Shown: piece after piece, positions 9,089-17,575 of the stretch
Layout: each line of letters opens with the position of its first letter
Numbering within the stretch: the stretch's first letter is position 1
Assembly: GCA_903847315.1 (NCBI GenBank)
Contig: CAINDG010000036.1
Span: 3,587 to 67,586 of the forward strand
Length of the DNA: 64,000 nucleotides
Reading direction: 5' to 3'
From: an uncultured Planctomycetota bacterium
Lineage (GTDB): Bacteria; Planctomycetota; Phycisphaerae; Sedimentisphaerales; UBA12454
Notes under the pieces: model-generated
The model's input: the letters and a program-made list of their open reading frames with translations, nothing else
Told to the model about the DNA's origin: nothing
Database searches by the model: none
Program-made: the position numbers and the translations under genes

Positions 9089-10310
9089 AGTTCTTGCTCT
9101 TGTTCACGGCGGGATGACGTCGCATACGGTCCGGGTTCTTGCGATAGCGAAAGCGATGCGCCAAACGGGCCGATATGAAATTATTTTTTCCGGCGACGGT
9201 CCATATATGAAATTCGTCGAGCAGGCGGGCTTTGAATGGATAAAAACGGAACTTGTCGGCAAGGAAGAGCTTAACCAGAGAATAGAAGATAATCTGGCGA
9301 CTGTTTATTACACCGCGAAAAATTATGAAAAGTATTTCGAAATCGAAAAGGCGGTAATTGAAAAATATCGGCCTGACATAATAATTCGAGACCATTTCAG
9401 AGAGATGGCGGGGGCGGCGGCGAAAATAGGACAGATAAGGGCTTTTGACGTGTTTGTGCAGAAAGCGACTTTGAGCCCGTATTATCATTTTGATTTTCGG
9501 CCTGAAAAACTGCCGAAGTGGATAAGCCTTTTGCCGGAAAAGATACTGCTTTGGGCGGCGGGGGCGATAGAGAATCATTTTCGCAGAAAAAATTCGTATT
9601 ACATCTGCAAAAAATTAAAAGAACTCGGCCTGCATAAATTTATTGCGATTGACGGGGTCAGACCTGATTTGACTCTTTTTCCTGATGCAGAAGAAATTTT
9701 CCCATTGCCCGACGCGGACAGAAGTTTCTGCAAACATATAGGGCCGGTTCTGGTTACTGGACAAGACCCCGCTCCTGAATGGCTGGAAGAATATAAAAGA
9801 GATAAGCGGAAAAAAATCCTTATCTCAAAAGGTACCAGCGGCGACAATGAAGAAATAAATCTTTTTAAAGAAACATTCAATGACGGCAAATACGCAGTTG
9901 CCCTTTACCTTGTTCGAGGCGGAAAAGTAAACGATTTTTACGGATGCGGCCAATTCGATATCGACAGTGTTCTGCCATTCAGCGATATATTTATCAATCA
10001 CGCCGGGACAGGAAGCAATTACCTTGCCATAAAACATAAAGTGCCGATGCTGGCGTTTTACGACCATTTCGAGCAGCAGATTAACGCCGTTGAGCTCGAA
10101 AGAAAGGGCGTTGCGATACGGCTTGGCAAAGAAAAACGTAAACGGGAGGATATACTTGCCGGCGTTAAAGAACTTTTGGGAAATGGCAAATATAAGCGGA
10201 ATATTTCGGTTTTAAGCGAAAGTATCGGCCGATATGACGCTTTGAAACTGGCTGTTGAGTATATTGGAGAAGGTTTTGAAAATTTTAAGAAGACCGCATT
10301 AAGCGAATAG
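9075..10310 (+). CDS. glycosyltransferase, GT1/MGT (UDP-glycosyltransferase) family
   Basis: Start set at MSKLKVLALVHGGMTSHTVRVLAIAKAM, the typical GT-B N-terminus. The C-terminal part FINHAGTGSNYLAIKHKVPMLAFYDHFEQQINAVELERKGVAIRL matches the GT1/GT28 C-terminal nucleotide-sugar binding region. Confidence 0.75.
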   Translation: MSKLKVLALVHGGMTSHTVRVLAIAKAMRQTGRYEIIFSGDGPYMKFVEQAGFEWIKTELVGKEELNQRIEDNLATVYYTAKNYEKYFEIEKAVIEKYRPDIIIRDHFREMAGAAAKIGQIRAFDVFVQKATLSPYYHFDFRPEKLPKWISLLPEKILLWAAGAIENHFRRKNSYYICKKLKELGLHKFIAIDGVRPDLTLFPDAEEIFPLPDADRSFCKHIGPVLVTGQDPAPEWLEEYKRDKRKKILISKGTSGDNEEINLFKETFNDGKYAVALYLVRGGKVNDFYGCGQFDIDSVLPFSDIFINHAGTGSNYLAIKHKVPMLAFYDHFEQQINAVELERKGVAIRLGKEKRKREDILAGVKELLGNGKYKRNISVLSESIGRYDALKLAVEYIGEGFENFKKTALSE

Positions 10311-10321
10311 CCATAAAAAAA

Positions 10322-10347
10322 GCAGCCCCGACTTTCATCGGGGCTGC
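10322..10347. terminator. bidirectional hairpin terminator between convergent genes
   Basis: AAAAAA-GCAGCCCCGA-ctttca-TCGGGGCTGC, a 10-bp GC-rich stem flanked by an A-run upstream. Confidence 0.6.
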
Positions 10348-10392
10348 GAACCCGTCCAACAAATCCGTTCGTCAAACGGCTGTATAGGCAAA

Positions 10393-11067
10393 TTATCTCA
10401 TATGTACAACAATCTCGACTCTTCTGTTCTTTGCCTTGCCGCTTGCAGAAGTATTCGGCGCTACCGGCCTTCCCTCACCACAGCCTATGGCTCTGAGCCT
10501 GCTGTCCGGAATGCCGTCGCTGTTAATCTGTCTGACAACCGAAAGAGCCCTTTGAGCGGACAGTTCCCAATTGTCTTTCCAGCTTGATTTCTTTATCGGG
10601 TCAGTATCTGTATGACCTATAACGTCAATCATTTTGCCGCTGTATTTCTCGTTCAGGACTGTAACGATATTTCCAAGATTCCCCTTTGCACTTGTCTTTA
10701 GACCTGCTTTGCCGGAGTCAAACAATAAAGTGTCCGGCAAAGTTACTGTAATAGTTCCCGCCTTTGCGTTGACGTCAACCTGATAATCGCCGAAGCCTGT
10801 GGCATCGCCGGGTTTCCTGCCTGATTCAATCTGTTTTTTAAGTTCATCTATAGCCTGCTGACTTTCGGCCAGTTTGCCCGCGAGGTCCTGTTTTTCGGAA
10901 GTACTGCCGTCAAGCGTCGCCTTGCAGTTGTCGTACAGACCCTGGAGGTTCTGATGCTCAACATTTAACGCGCCATATTTTTTCTTGTAGTCAACACAGC
11001 CGCTGAGAAGACCGCAAGAGACAATTACAACAGTCAAGAGCATAATTTTTCTTTTAAGATTTACCAT
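10393..11067 (-). CDS. OmpA-family lipoprotein (coiled-coil plus OmpA_C-like peptidoglycan-binding domain)
   Basis: Lipoprotein signal LLTVVIVSCGLLSGC. The OmpA-like core is IDVIGHTDTDPI...NWELSAQRALSVVRQI...NRRVEIVV. Confidence 0.8.
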   Translation of the reverse strand: MVNLKRKIMLLTVVIVSCGLLSGCVDYKKKYGALNVEHQNLQGLYDNCKATLDGSTSEKQDLAGKLAESQQAIDELKKQIESGRKPGDATGFGDYQVDVNAKAGTITVTLPDTLLFDSGKAGLKTSAKGNLGNIVTVLNEKYSGKMIDVIGHTDTDPIKKSSWKDNWELSAQRALSVVRQINSDGIPDSRLRAIGCGEGRPVAPNTSASGKAKNRRVEIVVHMR

Positions 11068-11105
11068 CGTCCAATCTCCTATATAAAAAAATTCATTCCT
11101 TTTTT

Positions 11106-12272
11106 TCAGCGGTAAAATACAAACTGCAGCCAGTTCATAACCGCATCGTGTAAAATCATAACCACAAAGACTCCCGTTGACAAGAAGGGACCATACGGAA
11201 TTTGACGTATTTTTTTAAAAAACATACAAAAAACCGCCCAGGCGAGTCCGAAGAAAGGCGCTATGAAAAAGGCCGCTATTGTCGGCCAGGGCCCCAATAC
11301 CGCACCAACAGCACCCATCAAATGGACATCGCCAAGGCCCATTGCCTCTCTGCCAAAGACAAAAGTACCCAGAATTCTTGTCGTCCAGACTATCGCGCAA
11401 CCGATGAAATAACCCCACAGGCAGCCGAAAAGTCCAGCAATAACAGGTAGTTGCGAAAAATTCGTCCACCACTCTTCGAATTGAGGTGCATTTTTATAGA
11501 TTTTTAAAGCGACCAAAGAGCCAAAAACTATCGGCAATAAAAATATTACCTCTTTTAACATTTCAAGACGATGATTGTAGTTTTTTTCCTGCTCTTGCTG
11601 AGTTTGAGAATTTTCAAGGTCTGATTTTTCTTCTGGATAACTTCTTTTTATTACGCCTGCCAAAAGCAGTAAAATAGAAATAAGCAAACCTATCAGTCCT
11701 CCTGTTGATAAAATCGCCGTCTTTGCCGAGGCTGTGGGGAAGAGGTCGTAGCTGCGGATAATCTCAGGAGTGTAGAAAAATCTGCCGAGCACCGAGCCTG
11801 CGAAGCCAACTGCTGTGACAATCCAGCAGATTGTGAGCGGGATGACACAAAATTCCAAATCTATCGCTGATGCCGCTATGAAAGAAGCGAGCATAATAAT
11901 ATGAACAAGATAAAAGACAAATCCGCCTTCGGAAAATCCGCCAACTCCTCTTTTTAAAGAGGTCTGAAAATAAATTATGTAGAGAGCGACGAAAAGCAAT
12001 GCCGTCAGAAGTTCAATAATAAAATATCGCGGCGAAATCTTCGCTTTGCATTTACGGCATTTGCCCATCAGAATCAGCCACGATAAAATCGGGATATTAT
12101 CATAGAAGGCTATAGGGTTTTTGCAGGAAGGGCAGGCAGAGCCGGGCCGGACAAGCGACAAATCTCTCGGCAGCCGATAAATTACGACATTTAGAAAACT
12201 GCCGATGGAAGCGCCAACTGCAAAGAGAAATGCAATTAGTAATCCATCCGGTATAACAACGCATCCTGCCAA
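11106..12272 (-). CDS. prepilin peptidase (A24 family, PilD-like) with an extended central insertion
   Basis: N-terminal [28 protein letters not shown] zinc module. The first Asp motif is AASAIDLEF and the second is [16 protein letters not shown]. At 388 aa it is about 100 aa longer than typical, with a charged loop [20 protein letters not shown]. Confidence 0.85.
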   Translation of the reverse strand: MAGCVVIPDGLLIAFLFAVGASIGSFLNVVIYRLPRDLSLVRPGSACPSCKNPIAFYDNIPILSWLILMGKCRKCKAKISPRYFIIELLTALLFVALYIIYFQTSLKRGVGGFSEGGFVFYLVHIIMLASFIAASAIDLEFCVIPLTICWIVTAVGFAGSVLGRFFYTPEIIRSYDLFPTASAKTAILSTGGLIGLLISILLLLAGVIKRSYPEEKSDLENSQTQQEQEKNYNHRLEMLKEVIFLLPIVFGSLVALKIYKNAPQFEEWWTNFSQLPVIAGLFGCLWGYFIGCAIVWTTRILGTFVFGREAMGLGDVHLMGAVGAVLGPWPTIAAFFIAPFFGLAWAVFCMFFKKIRQIPYGPFLSTGVFVVMILHDAVMNWLQFVFYR

Positions 12273-12275
12273 GTG

Positions 12276-13493
12276 TTATTCCTTATTTTTGTTTACAACA
12301 CCCGCTACCTTCATTTGCAAACCGAACAGGCGAATAAATCCAGTCGCATCGGTCGGGTTATACTCATCGCCCATTTTGAAACTTGCCAGCTTGGTGCTGT
12401 AAAGACTTTTCGGACTTTTAATTCCTGCCGGCGTGCAGCGACCCTTGTACAGTTTCATTTTCACTGTGCCGGTAACATTCTGCTGCGTTACATTAACAAA
12501 GGCATCAAGGGCGTGACGAAGCTGACAAAACCACTGGCCGTAATAAACCATTTCAGCATATTTTAACGCTACCTGCTGTTTATAATGCGAAGTCTCGCGG
12601 TCGAGAGTCAGAGTTTCCAGCGCCTTGTGAGCTTCAACGAGTATCGTTCCGCCCGGCGTTTCATAAACGCCTCGCGACTTAATGCCGACAAGACGATTTT
12701 CAACAATGTCAGCCTGACCGACGGCGTGCTTGCCGCCGATTTTGTTAAGCTGCTCGATAATTTTTACAGGGTCTGTCTTTTTGCCGTTGAGCGCGACAGG
12801 AATACCTTTTTCAAAACCAATCACGACATACTCCGGTTTGTTCGGCGCCTTGGAGACCGGATTTGAAAGAACGAACAGACGGTCCAACGGCTCGTTTGCC
12901 GGGTCTTCAAGTTCGGCGCCTTCGTGACTTATGTGCCAGAGGTTGCGGTCGCGTGAATAGATTTTCTTTACGCTCTGTTCAATCGGGATTTTATGCTTTT
13001 TGGCATATTCAATCGCAGCCTCACGGCTTGTCAGTTCAAATTTCGGGTCTTTCCACGGCGCGATAATCTTCAGACTCGGATTGAGAGCCATATAAGTAAG
13101 CTCGAACCGCACCTGGTCGTTGCCTTTACCGGTTGCGCCGTGAGCGACGCCCATAGCGCCTTCAGCCTCGGCTACCAGAACCTGGTGTTTTGCAATCAGC
13201 GGCCGGGCGATGCTTGTGCCGAGAAGATAACCGTTTTCATAAATGGCGCCGCTTTTTAACATCGGCCAAAGATATTCAGTAACGAATTCCTTGCGAAGAT
13301 CTTTTACGATGCACTTTACTGCGCCGGATTTAAGCGCCTTTTTCTTTATTCCGTCGAGTTCTTCAGCCTGACCGAGGTCGGCGGCAAACGCAATAACATC
13401 ATAGCCGTAGGTTTCTTTCAGCCACGGCAGAATTACGCTCGTATCGAGTCCGCCGCTATAGGCGAGAACTACCTTTTTATTCGATTTTGCCAT
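12276..13493 (-). CDS. argG: argininosuccinate synthase
   Basis: 405 aa with [26 protein letters not shown] and [13 protein letters not shown], which are canonical ArgG motifs. Confidence 0.95.
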   Translation of the reverse strand: MAKSNKKVVLAYSGGLDTSVILPWLKETYGYDVIAFAADLGQAEELDGIKKKALKSGAVKCIVKDLRKEFVTEYLWPMLKSGAIYENGYLLGTSIARPLIAKHQVLVAEAEGAMGVAHGATGKGNDQVRFELTYMALNPSLKIIAPWKDPKFELTSREAAIEYAKKHKIPIEQSVKKIYSRDRNLWHISHEGAELEDPANEPLDRLFVLSNPVSKAPNKPEYVVIGFEKGIPVALNGKKTDPVKIIEQLNKIGGKHAVGQADIVENRLVGIKSRGVYETPGGTILVEAHKALETLTLDRETSHYKQQVALKYAEMVYYGQWFCQLRHALDAFVNVTQQNVTGTVKMKLYKGRCTPAGIKSPKSLYSTKLASFKMGDEYNPTDATGFIRLFGLQMKVAGVVNKNKE

Positions 13494-13566
13494 AAAGCAA
13501 TCCTTTCACAGAGGAAACAGAGCGATTATACAGACTTTCGTAAGTTTAGCAAGAAGTGAAAAATTG

Positions 13567-13589
13567 AACCACGAATGAACACGAATAAA
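13567..13589. repeat. short dispersed repeat (second copy at 60342-60364)
   Basis: AACCACGAATGAACACGAATAAA versus AACCACGAATGAATATGAATTAA, 20/23 identical. Internally it is a 10-nt tandem, CACGAATGAA/CACGAATAAA. Confidence 0.5.
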
Positions 13590-13662
13590 TAAAATTGTTA
13601 AACGGCTGTTGTTGCAAGACTCGTTTTATTTATCACCTTACGTTTAACGTAACCGTAAAAAA

Positions 13663-13743
13663 CTACGCCGCGATACAGCTTAAAGCCGGCATCAAAACCA
13701 GCAATGTCATAATACATAACAACACTTTTTTGAAATTAAACAT
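13663..13743 (-). CDS. 26-aa signal-peptide-like micro-ORF (possibly a gene remnant)
   Basis: AAGGAGG lies 6 nt upstream of ATG 13743. It translates as MFNFKKVLLCIMTLLVLMPALSCIAA followed by a stop. Not in the ORF track because it is under 60 aa. Confidence 0.25.
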   Translation of the reverse strand: MFNFKKVLLCIMTLLVLMPALSCIAA

Positions 13744-13958
13744 AATTTACCTCCTTGAGTTAAGATTTATAACTTTCGATATTAGCCTACAAAACGTCGC
13801 TGTAGCTCATAGTTTACTTTTTATTTAGCCCAACGCGTACAGAAACTACAGAGACTGACGGAAAAGATTTGCCAGCAAAGAATTGAAAGCTGGAACGGTC
13901 GTTAATAGGTAGATGAACTTATTACTGATATTAGTACTCACTTTATTGGACGAAGTGT

Positions 13959-14774
13959 TTAACGACCCAAGAGCCACTCCATTCTGTGGATGACATCATT
14001 TAAATGTTCCTTTTTCCAAGATAGATTTGCGTTTCCAGCCTCTCGTTTCAAAGCTTGCAACTGATTACTCAGTAATCTTTTTTCGAGTAGAAGGCATTTA
14101 TAAACCTCGGACTTGGATCCAATCTTTGATATCCTTAAAATATCGGCTCTCATTTTTCTGACTGAAAAGAGGTATTTTTGTCCACCCATATCCCATGTAA
14201 GGTAAAAAGTTGGGTTTAGAAATTTCCAGCAAATGAAAGCCTTCTCAGATTCAAAAGGGCCGTGTTTAATTCTTTCCTTTATATGCTTATCACGACCAGA
14301 CCATTTATACCAAGACAGATTATCAAAAGTAACATGAAAATCAGATGGGTTATCAAACCATTTGGAGTATTGATCAAATTCGTATACAAGATAATTATAT
14401 AAACTCTCGTGCTTAATATGGCAATTGAAAGCCTCTTTAAATGCCAACTCGTATAGAACACCTATCCACTTCGTTTTTCTTAAATTCCATAAACTACCAA
14501 TAAAATGCCCAAGGCTATGTACCCAATAATCGTGTTCTGAAGGGTCGTTTGGATGCAAGTTCATGAATACATTCAATCCTTCATTTAGGACTTTACCCGA
14601 TGGCCATTCCTCTTCCAACACAACCCGTATAAAGCTCTCCGCTTCTAAATAATTACTGGCTGATTTAATAATACTAATAGCTAAATTTGAGTTTTTTAAG
14701 GCAAGAGCTTGTCTTATACCTTCACAAGCTTTTATTATATGTTCTTCACGTATATGTTCTTCACGGTTACGCAT
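13959..14774 (-). CDS. hypothetical protein, Trp/His-rich, no recognisable family
   Basis: 271-aa ORF in a visibly AT-rich segment, co-oriented 35 nt downstream of the receiver gene. The N-terminus carries the duplication REEHIREEHI, and there is a HPNDPSEHDYWVHSLGH patch. Confidence 0.5.
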   Translation of the reverse strand: MRNREEHIREEHIIKACEGIRQALALKNSNLAISIIKSASNYLEAESFIRVVLEEEWPSGKVLNEGLNVFMNLHPNDPSEHDYWVHSLGHFIGSLWNLRKTKWIGVLYELAFKEAFNCHIKHESLYNYLVYEFDQYSKWFDNPSDFHVTFDNLSWYKWSGRDKHIKERIKHGPFESEKAFICWKFLNPTFYLTWDMGGQKYLFSVRKMRADILRISKIGSKSEVYKCLLLEKRLLSNQLQALKREAGNANLSWKKEHLNDVIHRMEWLLGR

Positions 14775-14809
14775 TGTAGGGATTACTGGTCTATAATTAT
14801 TAGACTGAA

Positions 14810-15304
14810 CTACTCTATTAATTTCTTTATATCAATCGTTATGCCACCAAAGCCAGGTTTAATATCTATGGCTGTAACTATTCGCTTCCAAATACCTTTT
14901 TTTTCAGTATCAATCTTATGCCAATACTTGCATAGAGTTTGAAATATACAAACTATAAGTCCTGAAAAACCATCTGATTTTTGTAATAAATTGACATCAA
15001 ATCCCAATTCCTTAATGCGATGTCTATATATGTTGTTATAGGGATATCCTGTGAAGATAATGAATATCGAATTGGGTTGTAAAGGGTGAACGCGATTTAA
15101 AAAATCTGTACCATCTGGTGGTGGCATTAATAAGTCTGCAAGGACAATATCAAATTTGAAATGTTCAGCCTCATATATTGCTTCCGTGACATTATTGCAA
15201 ATAACTATGCGGAATCCAAATTCTTCCAATTTTTTAACATAGTTGAAAATGGATCGGGGGTCATCTTCAAGCCAAAGAATAGAAATACTATTTGCTGCAT
15301 TCAT
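14810..15304 (-). CDS. stand-alone response-regulator receiver (REC) protein with a ~40-aa unknown tail
   Basis: ILWLEDDP (acidic pocket), DIVLADLLMPPPDG (phospho-acceptor Asp), IIFTGY (Thr) and LLQKS (Lys). No DNA-binding output domain is present. Confidence 0.7.
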   Translation of the reverse strand: MNAANSISILWLEDDPRSIFNYVKKLEEFGFRIVICNNVTEAIYEAEHFKFDIVLADLLMPPPDGTDFLNRVHPLQPNSIFIIFTGYPYNNIYRHRIKELGFDVNLLQKSDGFSGLIVCIFQTLCKYWHKIDTEKKGIWKRIVTAIDIKPGFGGITIDIKKLIE

Positions 15305-15566
15305 GAGAAGTTATCCTTTATTCTGATGCCACAACTCACCATCACGGGGTTAGCCATATATTCTCTTAACTACAGAACCAAGAGCGAACAACCTACCATT
15401 CTGCAGAATATTATCCTCTGAATTGCCACTAAAGGCAAGCCATTTTTCGCCGCTTGCCATTTATGGTCAGCGATGTGCAATACTTACGGTGAAATATAAA
15501 TTTTTGCGGCCCAGTCGCTCGCCATGGGGTTTGGGTCGGAAAACAGTGGCAAAATCAACTCATGTT

Positions 15567-16151
15567 TCATTTGCTGCCGAATTTGTTGAAATGGAGAATC
15601 TTCGCCATCGCCCTTTTGGGAACGTGTAAAACGTCTTTTTCATCGAGATAATATTTGGTATCATCTCCTTTTGCGTCTTCCATAACAGGTTTCTCATCAG
15701 GTTTGCCAAGTGCTACTACTGAATCGACCTGATATTTTTCATCAATATCCAAAACCTGTAAAATTTTCATTCTGTCAATCGCCCCAAGCCAGCAGGAACC
15801 AACACCTTTGCCCCAGGCGGCCAATAAAATATTTTCTATGGCCGCGGCCGCGTCAACAGGGGCATTTGATTTAATTTCGGAGTTGGCCAGAACAACAATA
15901 TACGCGACGGGTCTTTGATTCGGCAGGGGATTTCTTTTCGGCCTGACGTGGCCGGCCCAGGATAATGCCTCGAAAAGTTTTTCGCAGATTTTCGGCTCAT
16001 CGACAATAATATATTCGAGCGGCTGGAGATTTGCGGTAGCTGGTGCACAGCGGGCGGCTTCGACCAGCTCAATCAGAAAATTCCTGTCAAGTTTTTCCTG
16101 ACTGAATCGTCTGATACTGCGTCGGGTTTTGATTAAATCAAATAGGTCCAT
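15567..16151 (-). CDS. nitroreductase family protein
   Basis: 194 aa with LIKTRRSIRRF, AARCAPATANLQPLEYIIV and GSCWLGA. Confidence 0.85.
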   Translation of the reverse strand: MDLFDLIKTRRSIRRFSQEKLDRNFLIELVEAARCAPATANLQPLEYIIVDEPKICEKLFEALSWAGHVRPKRNPLPNQRPVAYIVVLANSEIKSNAPVDAAAAIENILLAAWGKGVGSCWLGAIDRMKILQVLDIDEKYQVDSVVALGKPDEKPVMEDAKGDDTKYYLDEKDVLHVPKRAMAKILHFNKFGSK

Positions 16152-16223
16152 ATTTTTTTGAGCAGTTGAACAGGAGACCGCCCCGATAAATCGGAGCTCT
16201 CATTTTTTAGCTCTGCCAAAAAA

Positions 16224-16297
16224 TGGGCGGTACAGGACTCGGACCTGTGGCCTCCTGCTTGTAAGGCAGGCGCTCTAGCCAACTGAGCTAACCGCCC
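16224..16297 (-). tRNA. tRNA-Val (anticodon TAC)
   Basis: The minus strand GGGCGGTTAGCTCAGTTGGCTAGAGCGCCTGCCTTACAAGCAGGAGGCCACAGGTCCGAGTCCTGTACCGCCCA folds as a cloverleaf. The anticodon loop is CTTACAA. Confidence 0.9.
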
Positions 16298-16306
16298 GGT
16301 GGAAAA

Positions 16307-16379
<73 letters not shown>

Positions 16380-16456
16380 GTAAAACCGTTGGGAAAACCG
16401 ACAATTTACCGGCTGGAAAGGGGGATTGCAAGTAAATTTATCCGGATATTAACGTC

Positions 16457-16484
16457 TTGCCAAGCCTGCCGTTGCGGTTATAAT
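16457..16484 (+). promoter_or_regulatory. near-consensus sigma70-type promoter driving tRNA-Gly (and the abutting pilin-like gene)
   Basis: TTGCCA (16457-16462), a 16-nt spacer, then a perfect TATAAT (16479-16484). The tRNA begins 12 nt downstream of the -10 element. Confidence 0.6.
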
Positions 16485-16495
16485 TATTTTGATAT

Positions 16496-16567
16496 GCGGG
16501 CGTAATTCAGTGGTAGAATGTCAGCTTCCCAAGCTGAATGCCGTGGGTTCGAATCCCATCGCCCGCT
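16496..16567 (+). tRNA. tRNA-Gly (anticodon CCC)
   Basis: GCGGGCGTAATTCAGTGGTAGAATGTCAGCTTCCCAAGCTGAATGCCGTGGGTTCGAATCCCATCGCCCGCT. The anticodon loop is TTCCCAA and no CCA is encoded. Confidence 0.9.
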
Positions 16568-16569
16568 TT

Positions 16570-17334
16570 ATGAAAAAAAATAAAGCGTTCACCCTTGTCG
16601 AGCTTCTTGTCGTTATGGCGATAATGGCGGCATTGCTCGCTATCCTTCTGCCTGCATTGACTCTTTCCCGGCAAATCGCATACAAAGTTATCTGCCTTAA
16701 TAATCTGAAACAGCTCGGCATCGCTACCCACTCCTATGTCCAGAGTTCGGAGGTCTATCCGGTCTGCGTGTCGGAAGTAAACGAAACATGGTCTGATTTC
16801 ATAGCCAATCCCGCCATCGCCAATGACAAAATGCTCGGCGTGCCGGCTTCGCTGTGGCCTTTCCATAAAAACGAAAAACTTTACAAATGTCCTGTGCTTT
16901 CCAAAATCGGCTGCGATATCAGTTATTGTTATAACTGGCAGGCGGGCAGGGAACTGGGTGCCGGCGAGACTGCTTTTGCCGGGCCTTCCGATATTCCGCC
17001 GGTACATCCGCCGAAAGTGCAGAAAACTAATCTTTATGTTCTAACTCCCGAAAAAGTAAAATCGCCCGGCCTGTTCGTACTGCTCTACGACCTGCCGCTA
17101 AAACCAGAACCTATTACCGAAGATACCGCAGGCTCAGACCTCTATAAAGACATCGACCCTGACGATTATGACAGCAGCCGAATCGACCCTAACAATCCGG
17201 GCGATTTATGGCATTACAAAGTTTTGGACGCCTTGGGCCCGCACGCCAAAGGTCAAAGCATTTTATTCGCCGATAGTCATACAAAATGGTATAAAAGATG
17301 GTCGAGTTCTGAAATGACCAGGAAACCCAATTAA
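16570..17334 (+). CDS. pilin-like protein with prepilin-type N-terminal cleavage/methylation domain (DUF1559-like pseudopilin)
   Basis: MKKNKA|[24 protein letters not shown] is a canonical prepilin leader and hydrophobic helix, and the C-terminal [12 protein letters not shown] is DUF1559-like. The track start 16489 reads through the tRNA-Gly and is rejected. Confidence 0.85.
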   Translation: MKKNKAFTLVELLVVMAIMAALLAILLPALTLSRQIAYKVICLNNLKQLGIATHSYVQSSEVYPVCVSEVNETWSDFIANPAIANDKMLGVPASLWPFHKNEKLYKCPVLSKIGCDISYCYNWQAGRELGAGETAFAGPSDIPPVHPPKVQKTNLYVLTPEKVKSPGLFVLLYDLPLKPEPITEDTAGSDLYKDIDPDDYDSSRIDPNNPGDLWHYKVLDALGPHAKGQSILFADSHTKWYKRWSSSEMTRKPN

Positions 17335-17489
17335 GAACAAGCACTGTCATCTTGACGCCTAAACCGGCTTTTTCTGCCAAAATTGGCAGGGCAAATCCAT
17401 CTTAAAAAAGTCATTTTTAGTTTATCTTTGTTTCATAACCATTTATTCAGCAATATGTTATAGTTTTTAGTATCTTTAGTCATAGAAAG

Positions 17490-17521
17490 CTGGTATTTTT
17501 TTTGCATATAGATAATACCAG
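17490..17521 (+). promoter_or_regulatory. inverted repeat in the groEL-1 upstream region (candidate operator)
   Basis: CTGGTATT-N16-AATACCAG, 55 nt upstream of the groEL-1 ATG, overlapping a possible TTGCAT -35 element. No CIRCE-like TTAGCACTC-N9-GAGTGCTAA was seen by eye. Confidence 0.35.
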
Positions 17522-17575
17522 TAGGATAGTTTATTTCCATTTTTTGACATTTATGCAGTAAGGAGTAAAAGGATT

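Noticed and set aside
13595-13828. 77-aa plus-strand ORF in the AT-rich region upstream of argG
   Set aside because: It has low-complexity AT-driven codons and no RBS. It overlaps the better-supported minus-strand micro-ORF and its hairpin.
16489-16569. N-terminal extension of the pseudopilin ORF ([27 protein letters not shown])
   Set aside because: It is a translation of the tRNA-Gly sequence. The prepilin leader begins at ATG 16570.
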